Shown here: positions 1 to 8,333 of the stretch, piece by piece
Layout of the letters: each line of letters begins with the position of its first letter
Position numbering within the stretch: the first letter of the stretch is position 1
Origin: Terriglobales bacterium
GTDB taxonomy: Bacteria; Acidobacteriota; Terriglobia; Terriglobales; Acidobacteriaceae
Length of the DNA: 64,000 bases
NCBI GenBank assembly: GCA_025935035.1
Contig: JAICWB010000001.1
Span: 11,834-75,833 of the forward strand
Reading direction: 5' to 3'
Notes under the pieces: generated by a model
What the model was told of the DNA's origin: nothing
The model's input: the letters and a program-made list of their open reading frames with translations, nothing else
The model's database searches: none
Position numbers and translations under genes: made by a program

Positions 1-215
1 CCAAGGAATCGGTTCACTCAAAGCAGAGTCTGCGGTGGGCCGCGGCAGACTGGATCGCCGGATGCGGCTTGATCTATTGCTCACTGTTCAGCGTCGGGCA
101 TTTGATATTCGGCCGCCTGTTGCGGGCCGGTGGGTTGTTCGTCCTCGGCCTGTTGTGTGCCTGGTTCATCTATTGGGACCTGAATCGTCGTGGATGGGAG
201 TCGTTGAGCCAGTAG
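1..215 (+). CDS. 3' end of a membrane-protein gene entering from upstream of the window (partial)
   Basis: Frame 3 is open from the window edge to TAG at 213-215. It translates to hydrophobic helix-like sequence (..AAADWIAGCGLIYCSLFSVGHLIFGRLLRAGGLFVLGLLCAWFIYWDLNRRGWESLSQ*). It is absent from the ORF track because it has no start codon in the window. Confidence 0.45.
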   Translation, partial: KESVHSKQSLRWAAADWIAGCGLIYCSLFSVGHLIFGRLLRAGGLFVLGLLCAWFIYWDLNRRGWESLSQ

Positions 216-236
216 CGATTACAATCCTCTTCGACG

Positions 237-1187
237 ATGCTCACCTACTGGATACTGTTCACGATCTTCGTGGTGGCGATGCTGGCGCTGGATCTCGGCC
301 TGATGCACCGTGGCTCCAACGAGATGGGGTTCAAGCAGGCGCTTTGGGCGTGCTTGTTCTGGATCACGCTTGCAGCCGCTTTTGGCGCCCTTGTCTTCTT
401 CTCGATGGGGCAGCAGCGCGCGCTTGAGTTTGTGACAGGCTATGTGATCGAGACGTCCCTCAGCATTGACAACTTATTTGTGTTTCTTATCCTGTTCCGA
501 TTTTTTAAGGTCCCGCGCCAAGACCAATACACGGTCCTGCTCTGGGGCATCATCGGCGCATTGGTGATGCGATTCGTTTTCATTATTGTCGGTGTCGGGG
601 CTATCAGCCGCTTCCATTGGGTGATCTACGTATTCGGCGTTATTTTGATCTATAGCGGATTTAAGCTGGCGTTCGGCGGGGAAGTGGATGTTGAGCCGGA
701 CAAGAATCTCATTCTCAAGCTTTTTCGCAAGTTTGTGCCCAGCACGGAGCAATATGAGGGAAAGAAATTTCTCATCCGTCGTGCCGGTAAGACCATGGCT
801 ACGCCATTACTGGCGGTGTTGATCGTGGTGGAAACCACGGATTTGCTATTCGCGGTTGATTCCATCCCCGCCGTACTGGCCATCACGCGCGATGCGTTCA
901 TCGTTTTTACTTCCAACGTGTTCGCTGTTTTAGGGCTGCGAGCTATGTACTTCGCCCTTTCGGGAATGTTTAAACTCTTTCACTACTTGCACTATGGGCT
1001 GTCGGCGATCTTGGTCTTTGTGGGTGTGAAGATGCTGCTCTCCAATGACCGGCTTGAATTGTTTGGAGTGCCGCTCCATGGCGAGATACCTACACCGATC
1101 GTGCTAACGATCGTCGGCGGAATCCTGGCGCTGTCCGTCATCGCTTCGCTGGCCTTCCCAGAAAAGAAAAAGCCTGACGAAGCTTAG
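237..1187 (+). CDS. TerC/Alx-family integral membrane protein
   Basis: 316 aa and multi-pass hydrophobic. Characteristic TerC-family stretches are present (ETSLSIDNLFVFLILF ... VETTDLLFAVDSIPAVLAIT). ATG lies 21 nt after the upstream stop. Confidence 0.85.
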   Translation: MLTYWILFTIFVVAMLALDLGLMHRGSNEMGFKQALWACLFWITLAAAFGALVFFSMGQQRALEFVTGYVIETSLSIDNLFVFLILFRFFKVPRQDQYTVLLWGIIGALVMRFVFIIVGVGAISRFHWVIYVFGVILIYSGFKLAFGGEVDVEPDKNLILKLFRKFVPSTEQYEGKKFLIRRAGKTMATPLLAVLIVVETTDLLFAVDSIPAVLAITRDAFIVFTSNVFAVLGLRAMYFALSGMFKLFHYLHYGLSAILVFVGVKMLLSNDRLELFGVPLHGEIPTPIVLTIVGGILALSVIASLAFPEKKKPDEA

Positions 1188-1804
1188 CGGTGCGCTAACT
1201 CATCGGAGAGCAGATGGGCTTTGAGGGCGAGATTGTGCGCGCGCACGAGGTCGTTGTCTGAGATCGCTTCCTGCGATTGCGCCATGAAATTCCGGATCTG
1301 CTCCACAATGCTTTTCTCGCTGGCAGACAGCGTGCGATTGATCGAACGCAGGTTGTCCTCAGTGGACTGGTTCAGTTGTGCGGCCGTCTCCAGACGATGC
1401 ATCTCGTCGGAATGAGGCAGGCCCTCCGAGATCGCGGCCGTTGTAGGCACGTCATGCGGTGATGCCGTGATCTTTGGTGGTGGGGTGCTCGTTTCCGCAG
1501 CATTCACAGCCGAAGTGTTAGCTGCGGGCGGCGTGGCCGTAGATGGTTTCATGTCTGTTATCTTGCGGCCATTGCGCGGACGAGGCTTAGGTTTTGTGGT
1601 CGTTGCTACCGGTTCAGTCGGCTGTACGGGTTCAGAGTCCACCTCAGGTGGCGGTAACACGTCGGGAAGCGGCATCATGGCGCTATCCGGTATGACCGGG
1701 GGCGGGACCAGTGGAATGGGCCTGGGCTGCCTGCGACATCCGGCCAGAGCGATGACCCCGAAAAGCAGGACCGACGAAATGTGCTTGAACGTGCGCAGCA
1801 CCAT
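1184..1804 (-). CDS. Proline-rich lipoprotein, function unknown
   Basis: Lipoprotein-type signal peptide with lipobox (LLFGVIALAGC). A Pro/Thr-rich linker is followed by a helical C-terminal region. It lies 22 nt downstream of the histidine kinase gene on the same strand, so it is probably co-transcribed. Confidence 0.6.
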   Translation of the reverse strand: MVLRTFKHISSVLLFGVIALAGCRRQPRPIPLVPPPVIPDSAMMPLPDVLPPPEVDSEPVQPTEPVATTTKPKPRPRNGRKITDMKPSTATPPAANTSAVNAAETSTPPPKITASPHDVPTTAAISEGLPHSDEMHRLETAAQLNQSTEDNLRSINRTLSASEKSIVEQIRNFMAQSQEAISDNDLVRAHNLALKAHLLSDELAHR

Positions 1805-1826
1805 TACGGATTTCTTTCCTCTCTCA

Positions 1827-3740
1827 TCATAGACTTCCCAGAGTATTAACGTGGTTCTGCTCGGTGTTATTCGCGCTGACGGAGCGTGCCACCTCGGTGA
1901 TAGGGAACAGCAATCGGAACGTCGTGCCTTCTCCGGCCTTGCTTACGAAATCCATCGAACCATTATGCAATTGCATCACGCGGTAACTCATTGGCAGGCC
2001 GATACCGCTACCACCGGCCTTAGTGGTGAAATAGAGATTAAATATCTTTTCGCGGATATTATCGGGAATGCCGCTGCCCTCATCACTGATCTCCACACTG
2101 GCGTCGTCATGAACGCGCTTGGCGCTGACGGTCATAGTGCCACCTTTTTCTGCCATCGCCTGCATGCCGTTGATCATGATGTTCAGCACCGCTTGTTTGA
2201 CCATATCTACATCGATTTTCACCGGCAGAGGTTCCGTGGCGAATGATTCCACGATATGAACACCATGCTTTTCGGCGTCTGGCGTGGCGAGCACGATGAT
2301 GTCATCTAGAAGTTTGCGGACGTCCATCTCCACCAACCGTAACTCCATGGGCCGAGTGAAATCGACAAGCGTCTGCACTACGCGATCCAGTCTGCGTATC
2401 TCACTGCCAATGACGTCAATGTGACGTTTAGTATCGGCGTCAGGTTCTTTAAGCTTTTGTCGCAACACTTCGAGATGCACTACGATCGCGTTAATTGGAT
2501 TCTTCACTTCATGCGCCACACCGGAGGTCAATCGTCCCACTGCCGCCATACGGCGCGAGATCTCAAGTTCGTCTTCGATGCGGTGCACGGACTCTGCGTC
2601 CCGCAACGTCACTAGTGCGCCGATCGGCTGACCGTTCTCTTCAATAAAGTCCACGGAGAGCTGAACCCTTATGCTGGCATCAGTTCCGGAAGTGACCTCG
2701 AGTTGTTGCAAGGCTTTATGATTTGCGAATGAATCCGCAACCAGTGATTCGAGCTGCGGGTGTCCTACGAAGATCTCTTGTGGCGTCTTTCCCAATAATT
2801 CAAGCCGCTTGCGATGCAGGAACCGCTCGACCGAGGAGCTTACGAGCACTGCTTTTTCGTCTCGCGTAAAAAGCATCACCCCGTCTTGTAGGTTGGTCAT
2901 GACCTGGTCAAGATTTTCTTGCAGCGCAGAGAAGACTTGATTGACATCTTTCATCTGCTGGCCCAGGCGCTCGATCTTGGTGGTGACGACGCCGTATTCA
3001 TCGCCATGGATCGCTGCAGGGGGCGCAGCGGGCACGACCGAGCCCGCGCTCATCTCATCTAATTTGCGGCTGATTTTCTCTAGAGGGCGGAAAGCCAGCG
3101 TCGAGACTCCGGCGGAGAGAATGACTGAGAACAAGATAGCGAACGCCGCAAGCAATAGCGAGCTGTTGAGTCTTGGTTGGATCTCTTTTTTGAGAAATAC
3201 GCTGGAAACCCCGATGCGAACCGTCGCGAAGGGCTGGCCATCGCGCAAAAGTGGAAGTTGCAATTCATACACAGTCGGCGCGCCGTAAACCATGCGCAAC
3301 TGCTTTAGAAAGCGGCTGTCTCGGATACTGGCGAAGTCCTGTCGCTTCGCTAATTCCTTGCCGACCAACTGAGGGTCGCTGTGAACGATGGCGTGGTTGT
3401 TCATATCGACGATAGCCACGTCATAAACGGTAGGAGAGTATCCGATCACGGACTGCAGTAGGGAAGTAAGTCCGGGGTCAGTCTGGAGACTGCGCTGGAC
3501 GGCTTCCTGGAAGACCGCGGGATCCTTCAGGTCCCGTTTGTCAGTCGCCAGGTCGGTCTCGAGCGCCTCGCGTGCCGATTGAAACACTTCCGATGCTACG
3601 AACTGGCCATTCTGATACGTCTCATCAATCCTCTGGCGTAGAAGTTGGGAGATGTAAACGAACGAGGTTGTAAGAACGAGAAGCGAGGCCATGGCGGTAA
3701 TGGCCAACACAAGCTTCGTCTTGAGACGCAGTCTAGGCAT
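1827..3740 (-). CDS. Sensor histidine kinase (TM-sensor-HAMP/PAS-HisKA-HATPase)
   Basis: N-terminal TM helix and a second TM near residue 200. H-box SGVAHEVKNPINAI. ATPase motifs are present (NIMINGMQAM, DEGSGIP, GGSGIGL). It lies directly downstream of an NtrC-type regulator. Confidence 0.85.
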   Translation of the reverse strand: MPRLRLKTKLVLAITAMASLLVLTTSFVYISQLLRQRIDETYQNGQFVASEVFQSAREALETDLATDKRDLKDPAVFQEAVQRSLQTDPGLTSLLQSVIGYSPTVYDVAIVDMNNHAIVHSDPQLVGKELAKRQDFASIRDSRFLKQLRMVYGAPTVYELQLPLLRDGQPFATVRIGVSSVFLKKEIQPRLNSSLLLAAFAILFSVILSAGVSTLAFRPLEKISRKLDEMSAGSVVPAAPPAAIHGDEYGVVTTKIERLGQQMKDVNQVFSALQENLDQVMTNLQDGVMLFTRDEKAVLVSSSVERFLHRKRLELLGKTPQEIFVGHPQLESLVADSFANHKALQQLEVTSGTDASIRVQLSVDFIEENGQPIGALVTLRDAESVHRIEDELEISRRMAAVGRLTSGVAHEVKNPINAIVVHLEVLRQKLKEPDADTKRHIDVIGSEIRRLDRVVQTLVDFTRPMELRLVEMDVRKLLDDIIVLATPDAEKHGVHIVESFATEPLPVKIDVDMVKQAVLNIMINGMQAMAEKGGTMTVSAKRVHDDASVEISDEGSGIPDNIREKIFNLYFTTKAGGSGIGLPMSYRVMQLHNGSMDFVSKAGEGTTFRLLFPITEVARSVSANNTEQNHVNTLGSL

Positions 3741-3760
3741 CGTAGCGTGAGACAGAAAAC

Positions 3761-5158
3761 TTAGTGCATGACTGCGGATTCAGTCACGCCGCCACTGGAA
3801 TATTCTTTTAATTTATTGTGCAGCGTCTTAAGGCTGATCCCCAATATCTCCGCAGCGCGGGTCTTGTTGTTGTTGGTGGATTCCAGCGTCTTCATGATCA
3901 GCAACCGCTCGGCTTCTCCCACGGTGGTACCAACCCCCAGTCGAACGGAATTGCCGGTGTCTTGCGAAGTCTCAGCATGCAATTGGCCACTGCCAAAGTT
4001 AGGAGGCAGATGTTTTGGCTCAATAATGTTTCCGTGGCACACGATCACGGCGCGCTCCAACGTATTTCGCATCTCACGCACATTCCCCGGCCAAGAATAT
4101 TCTTTGAATTGCTCAAGCACGGCGTCGCTGAGACCCGAAACTTTGCGTCCATGCTTAGCGTTCATTCCGGCGAGCAGGGAATCGGCAAGCTGCGGGATAT
4201 CTTCCTTATGCTCGCGCAGCGGCGGCATGTGAATATTAAAAACATTCAAGCGGTAATAAAGATCATTGCGAAGCTGCCCGTCTTGAACCGCTTGTTCCGG
4301 GACCTTGTTAGTCGCGGCGAGGACGCGAACATCGATCGCAGTCTCGACTTTGCTGCCCAGCCGCCGAAGCTTGCGGTCTTCGAGCACGCGCAGAAGTTTG
4401 GCCTGGGTGTTGATGGGCATCTCCCCGATCTCGTCGAGCAAGAGGGTTCCTTCTTCGGCTAGCTCAAAACATCCGGACCGGCGTTCTAAGGCCCCAGTGA
4501 ACGCACCTTTCTCATGGCCAAAAATCTCGCTTTCGATCAATGTCTCCGGGATGGCGGAGCAATTAATGGCCACGAATGGCTTGTTCTTGCGCGGGCTCAG
4601 TTCGTGGATGGTGCGCGCCACCAGTTCTTTTCCCGTACCGCTCTCGCCGGTGATGAGCACAGAGGCAGAACTCGGCGCCACCATCTCAATGAGTGAAAAT
4701 ATCTCCTGAATCTTTTTGGAAGTGCCGACCAGAGTGCCCAACATGCCGGAGTCGCGCAATCGCTTGCGAGTGACTTCGAGTTCGCGTTCGGTACCCCGTT
4801 GTCGCGTTGCGTTGGCAAGGATGTTTTTAAGCCGCGTTGGGTCTACGGGCTTCGTAAGAAAATCATAAGCGCCGCTCTTCATCGCATCGACGGCGGTATC
4901 AATGCTGCCTTGTGCGGTGAGAAGAATGACCGCGATAGGCTCGGTCATGTCAGCCAGGCGTTCCAGCAGTTCCATACCATTCATGCGCGGCATCTTGTAA
5001 TCGGTAACGATAATGCCCGGTGCCCACGTCGCCACTTTTTCAAGAGCATCAAGGCCATCTTTTGCGGTGTCAGTACGATAACCCCACGCTTGCACCAGCT
5101 CAGCCAGACCGCTGCGTTCATTTTCTTCGTCTTCGACGATCAAGACTTTTTCTTGCAT
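3761..5158 (-). CDS. Sigma-54-dependent response regulator (NtrC family: REC-AAA+-Fis HTH)
   Basis: REC domain (VLIVEDE ... IIVTDYKMPRMNG). Walker A GESGTGKE, and ESEIFGHEKGAFTGA containing the GAFTGA sigma-54 contact motif. C-terminal HTH (RAAEILGISLKTLHNKLK). I place the start at the internal Met (MQEKVLIVEDE) rather than the track start at 5206. Confidence 0.9.
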   Translation of the reverse strand: MQEKVLIVEDEENERSGLAELVQAWGYRTDTAKDGLDALEKVATWAPGIIVTDYKMPRMNGMELLERLADMTEPIAVILLTAQGSIDTAVDAMKSGAYDFLTKPVDPTRLKNILANATRQRGTERELEVTRKRLRDSGMLGTLVGTSKKIQEIFSLIEMVAPSSASVLITGESGTGKELVARTIHELSPRKNKPFVAINCSAIPETLIESEIFGHEKGAFTGALERRSGCFELAEEGTLLLDEIGEMPINTQAKLLRVLEDRKLRRLGSKVETAIDVRVLAATNKVPEQAVQDGQLRNDLYYRLNVFNIHMPPLREHKEDIPQLADSLLAGMNAKHGRKVSGLSDAVLEQFKEYSWPGNVREMRNTLERAVIVCHGNIIEPKHLPPNFGSGQLHAETSQDTGNSVRLGVGTTVGEAERLLIMKTLESTNNNKTRAAEILGISLKTLHNKLKEYSSGGVTESAVMH

Positions 5159-5399
5159 GCGAATTGCTCCAGGGGATCTGCAATCTGTGTCCGCGAAATG
5201 CGACAACAGCTACTTGCATCAGATGCTCGATGTCACTAATTTGGCTACTTTTGCAGGGTAATTTTTACAACGTTACCCAAGTTACTAATTCTATTGACCC
5301 TTCGGGCATCCAGCAGCTCAGACTCGCATCCAACTTTGTTCGGAATCCCAAGTTTTTAGGCCCTACCTAACCCCTACAAATCTTTCGCAGGAGGAAGCA

Positions 5400-6353
5400 A
5401 TGAAATTGTTTATGACCGGCTTGATCTCGATCGGATTGCTAGCGACCGCGGTCGGCCAAGTCACTTCTCAAACATCAACCACGAGCACTTCACAGACTTC
5501 AGTCAATGCCTCGAAATCAGGCGCCAACGCGAATACCAATAATTCGGTTAACGCAAATCAAAATTTGGAGGCAGGCAAAAAGGCAAACGCGAATGCGTCG
5601 GCAGACTCTTCTCAAAATGCAAGCGCCAATACAAGTGACCTGCAGATCCCTCCCGGAACGAAAGTTCCAGCCGTGCTGGATAAGTCGATCGATTCCCGCA
5701 AGTGCAAGCAGGGAGACGAAGTAATTGCGAAGACCACATCCAATGTCGTTTCAAATGGCAAAATCATTATTCCTAAAAATTCGAAGTTGATCGGCCATGT
5801 GACCGAAGCTTCCGCGACTGCGAATGGTCAATCGGATTCCAAGCTGGGAATTATCTTTGACAAGGCCATGCTGCGAAATGGATCGACCGTGCCGATGCAA
5901 GCGCGCATTCAGGCACTCGCGGGTCCTGTTGTCTCGGCGGCCAGTTCTATGTCTGATGACTCAATGATGAGTACGCCTATGGGTGGCGCATCTTCCAGTG
6001 GACGAGGCAGCGCTGGATTAGGCGGCACCGTCGGTGGGGTCACAAACACGGCCGGGAATACGGTGGGCGCGGTTGGCAATACTGCAGGGAACGTTGCCGG
6101 CTCAGCCGGATCTACCATTGATTCAACAGCCGGTGCGACTGCAAATACAGTCGGCAAGACCGGCGGCGGAACTGCAACAGCAACCGGCGCTCTGAGTAGC
6201 AATTCGACCGGCGTGATTGGTCTGAAGAATCTGCAGCTCAGTTCAGACTCTTCCAACTCCACAAATGGCTCCGTGATCACTTCGGCAGGTAAAAACGTAA
6301 AATTGGATAGCGGTAGCAGAATGGTTTTGGACGTCACCGGCTCTGCGCAATAA
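5400..6353 (+). CDS. Secreted low-complexity protein with a possible VirB10/TrbI-like core
   Basis: AGGAGG RBS 5 nt upstream and a signal peptide (MKLFMTGLISIGLLATAVGQ). There are S/T/N/A-rich tracts. The central block is LQIPPGTKVPAVLDKSIDS...IIIPKNSKLIGHV. The C-terminus carries degenerate GNT(V/A)G repeats. Confidence 0.6.
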   Translation: MKLFMTGLISIGLLATAVGQVTSQTSTTSTSQTSVNASKSGANANTNNSVNANQNLEAGKKANANASADSSQNASANTSDLQIPPGTKVPAVLDKSIDSRKCKQGDEVIAKTTSNVVSNGKIIIPKNSKLIGHVTEASATANGQSDSKLGIIFDKAMLRNGSTVPMQARIQALAGPVVSAASSMSDDSMMSTPMGGASSSGRGSAGLGGTVGGVTNTAGNTVGAVGNTAGNVAGSAGSTIDSTAGATANTVGKTGGGTATATGALSSNSTGVIGLKNLQLSSDSSNSTNGSVITSAGKNVKLDSGSRMVLDVTGSAQ

Positions 6354-6375
6354 CCTCAATAGCGCCCATAAGCAA

Positions 6376-6415
6376 GGGACGAGGGGTATAAAGGCTTGCA
6401 CCTCGTCCCTATTTC
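6376..6415 (+). terminator. Candidate rho-independent terminator
   Basis: GGGACGAGG (6376-6384) pairs with CCTCGTCCC (6401-6409), followed by TATTT. The loop is long (16 nt), so this is only moderate. Confidence 0.45.
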
Positions 6416-6542
6416 GCTATCGCGCGTTGAATAAAAAGGACTTATTCTGCTACAATTTTCCCGGTTAAGGGGAGCGCCTTAGCCGTTTCATTCGTCCCTG
6501 CGCTTTGCCCTTCTTTTTAGTTTTTTCAGTTTTTCGAGGAGA

Positions 6543-8078
6543 ATGCGAATGTCACAACGCAAGTTGCATGCATTGATCAATGTGATCGTGGCCGCTTTGA
6601 TATTGGCCGCGACCTCTGCTTTCGCCCAAGATACGCCGCCCTCCAAAGTAGATCTGTATGGCGGCTACGTTTGGGCGGATACGGGAAGCCATGGTTTTGC
6701 TCCCGGTCTAAAGAACATGCCTGTTGGCTTTAATGCCGCAGGTACGTGGTGGACGGGGCGATATTTAGGCTTGACCGCCGATTCGCAATTCTCGTACGGC
6801 AAAAATAGCACGCGACTAGCCACACTCCAAGCCGGCCCTTCCGTACGCTGGCCCGGCGAGCATGCGACTATCTTCGGCCAAGCATTGGCGGGACTTTATG
6901 ACCTCAACGTCCCCACGCTCGGTTCAAGCGCAAACATGGGGATCACCGCGGGTGGTGGCTTAGATCTGCATGTTCTGCCGCGACTCGATCTGCGAGTGAT
7001 TCAGGCTGACATGCAGTGGGGACGTTTCAATGCGCATTTGCAGCGCACTGAATTTCTCGGTGGCCGCATAGGCGGGGGCGTGGTCTTAAAATTCGGAAGC
7101 ATCGGTCCGGTACTGGTTCCTGCTGCTTCATGCAGTGTTCAGCCAACCGAGGTATTCGAAGGTGAGCCGGTCACTGCCACCGCAACTGCTACAAATTTCA
7201 ATCCCAAGCGCACGTTGACTTACACATGGTCAGCCAATGGCGCGAAGGTCAGCGGGACCGGTTCGACCGGAAACGTTGACACCAAAGGTTTGCAGCCGGG
7301 TTCTTACACCGTGAAAGCCGATATCAGCGACGGTCACAAAGGAACCGCGACCTGCACTGCAAACTTCACCGTCAAGCAGCCGCGTCCGCCAGAGATTTCT
7401 TGCTCGGCGAATCCAAGCACGGTTCAACCGAACGGAACCTCTACCATCACCAGCAACGGCAGCAGTCCTGATGGTCGCAATCTGACCTACAGCTACACTG
7501 CCAGCGCAGGCAACATTTCCGGCAGCGGCAGCAGCGCTACCCTGAACACCTCTGGCGCGCAGCCGGGACCGATCAACGTCGGATGCACTGTGACGGATGA
7601 TCGCAACCTGTCCGCTTCTGGCAATACCACGGTTACGGTCGAAGCTCCTCCGCCGGCTCCCGCGCCACCGCCGGCTCCCGAGGCCAGCAAGTTGAACGAG
7701 ATCAGCTTCAAGAAGAACAGTCCGCGGGTCGATAATGCCGCCAAGGCTATTCTTGATGAAGTTGCTCTGCGCTTGCAGCGCGATGCTGACGCCAAAGCTG
7801 TGGTAGTCGGCAATGCCGACGCCAAGGAAAAGGGCGCCAAGAAGTTAGCCGCGCAACGTGCCGTGAATGCAAAGGCATACCTGGTAAAAGAGAAGGGCAT
7901 CGATGCAAGCCGTGTTGAAGCACGCACCGGGAATGGTGGAGCTTCTAATGCGGAGATCTGGCTCGTTCCCGCAGGTGCAACCTACAACGGCGAAGGAACT
8001 GAAGTCGTCAGCGATAAGGTGAAGGCCCAAACCACAGCTCATCACAGGGCTACCAAAAAGGCCTCGACGAAAAAGTAA
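6543..8078 (+). CDS. OmpA-family outer-membrane protein (beta-barrel + two Ig/PKD-like repeats + OmpA C-terminal domain)
   Basis: Signal peptide, then an N-terminal aromatic-rich beta-barrel-like region. Two ~85-aa internal repeats each start with a Cys (CSVQPTEV.., SCSANPSTV..). A PPPAPAPPPAP linker leads to a C-terminal OmpA-like block (NAAKAILDEVALRLQ..AVVVGNAD...AQRAVNAKAYLV..GIDASRVEART). The start may be the second ATG at 6549, which has better RBS spacing. Confidence 0.8.
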   Translation: MRMSQRKLHALINVIVAALILAATSAFAQDTPPSKVDLYGGYVWADTGSHGFAPGLKNMPVGFNAAGTWWTGRYLGLTADSQFSYGKNSTRLATLQAGPSVRWPGEHATIFGQALAGLYDLNVPTLGSSANMGITAGGGLDLHVLPRLDLRVIQADMQWGRFNAHLQRTEFLGGRIGGGVVLKFGSIGPVLVPAASCSVQPTEVFEGEPVTATATATNFNPKRTLTYTWSANGAKVSGTGSTGNVDTKGLQPGSYTVKADISDGHKGTATCTANFTVKQPRPPEISCSANPSTVQPNGTSTITSNGSSPDGRNLTYSYTASAGNISGSGSSATLNTSGAQPGPINVGCTVTDDRNLSASGNTTVTVEAPPPAPAPPPAPEASKLNEISFKKNSPRVDNAAKAILDEVALRLQRDADAKAVVVGNADAKEKGAKKLAAQRAVNAKAYLVKEKGIDASRVEARTGNGGASNAEIWLVPAGATYNGEGTEVVSDKVKAQTTAHHRATKKASTKK

Positions 8079-8099
8079 AAGGCAGAAAGTGAATGAACG

Positions 8100-8135
8100 G
8101 CCGGTTGGAAGCAATTCCAACCGGCTTTTTTCTTT
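8100..8135 (+). terminator. Rho-independent terminator
   Basis: Perfect 11-bp stem GCCGGTTGGAA / TTCCAACCGGC with a GCAA loop, followed by TTTTTTCTTT. Confidence 0.8.
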
Positions 8136-8333
8136 GCAGGAAACTGGAAAGACACTACGGCCTGCCCTTTTGTAACTTGAAACACTGGCGGCCAGTGGTG
8201 CACTCTGAAAGCATCTGGCCGCATCTTAAGAATGAGGTAGTCTGGATCCCTGTAGGGGTTTCATGGGATGGCAAAAGTGTCCGCCGCAAGTAAGGATATT
8301 TTCATGCTATCGATACCAGGCCAAAACTAAAAT

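Noticed and set aside
1-236. Possible yybP-ykoY (Mn2+) riboswitch upstream of the TerC-family gene, since that family is often riboswitch-controlled.
   Set aside because: Frame 3 is an open, hydrophobic coding frame up to TAG at 213-215. That leaves only 21 nt before the ATG, and the conserved riboswitch helices are not visible.
35-427. 130-aa ORF from the track overlapping the TerC start.
   Set aside because: It is Arg/Pro/Val-rich with no motifs and overlaps two better reading frames (the frame-3 membrane fragment and TerC). It is probably a spurious out-of-frame ORF.
5242-5255. TGGCTACTTTTGCA looked like a sigma-54 promoter in the region between the NtrC-type operon and the divergent secreted-protein gene.
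   Set aside because: GG and GC are separated by 8 nt, not the required 10.
8183-8202. Palindrome CACTGGC-G-GCCAGTG overlapping TGGCGGCCAGTGGTGCA upstream of the BNR-repeat gene, considered as a sigma-54 promoter.
   Set aside because: The GG-to-GC spacing is 11 nt. The 7-bp palindrome is real, but on its own it is too short to interpret.
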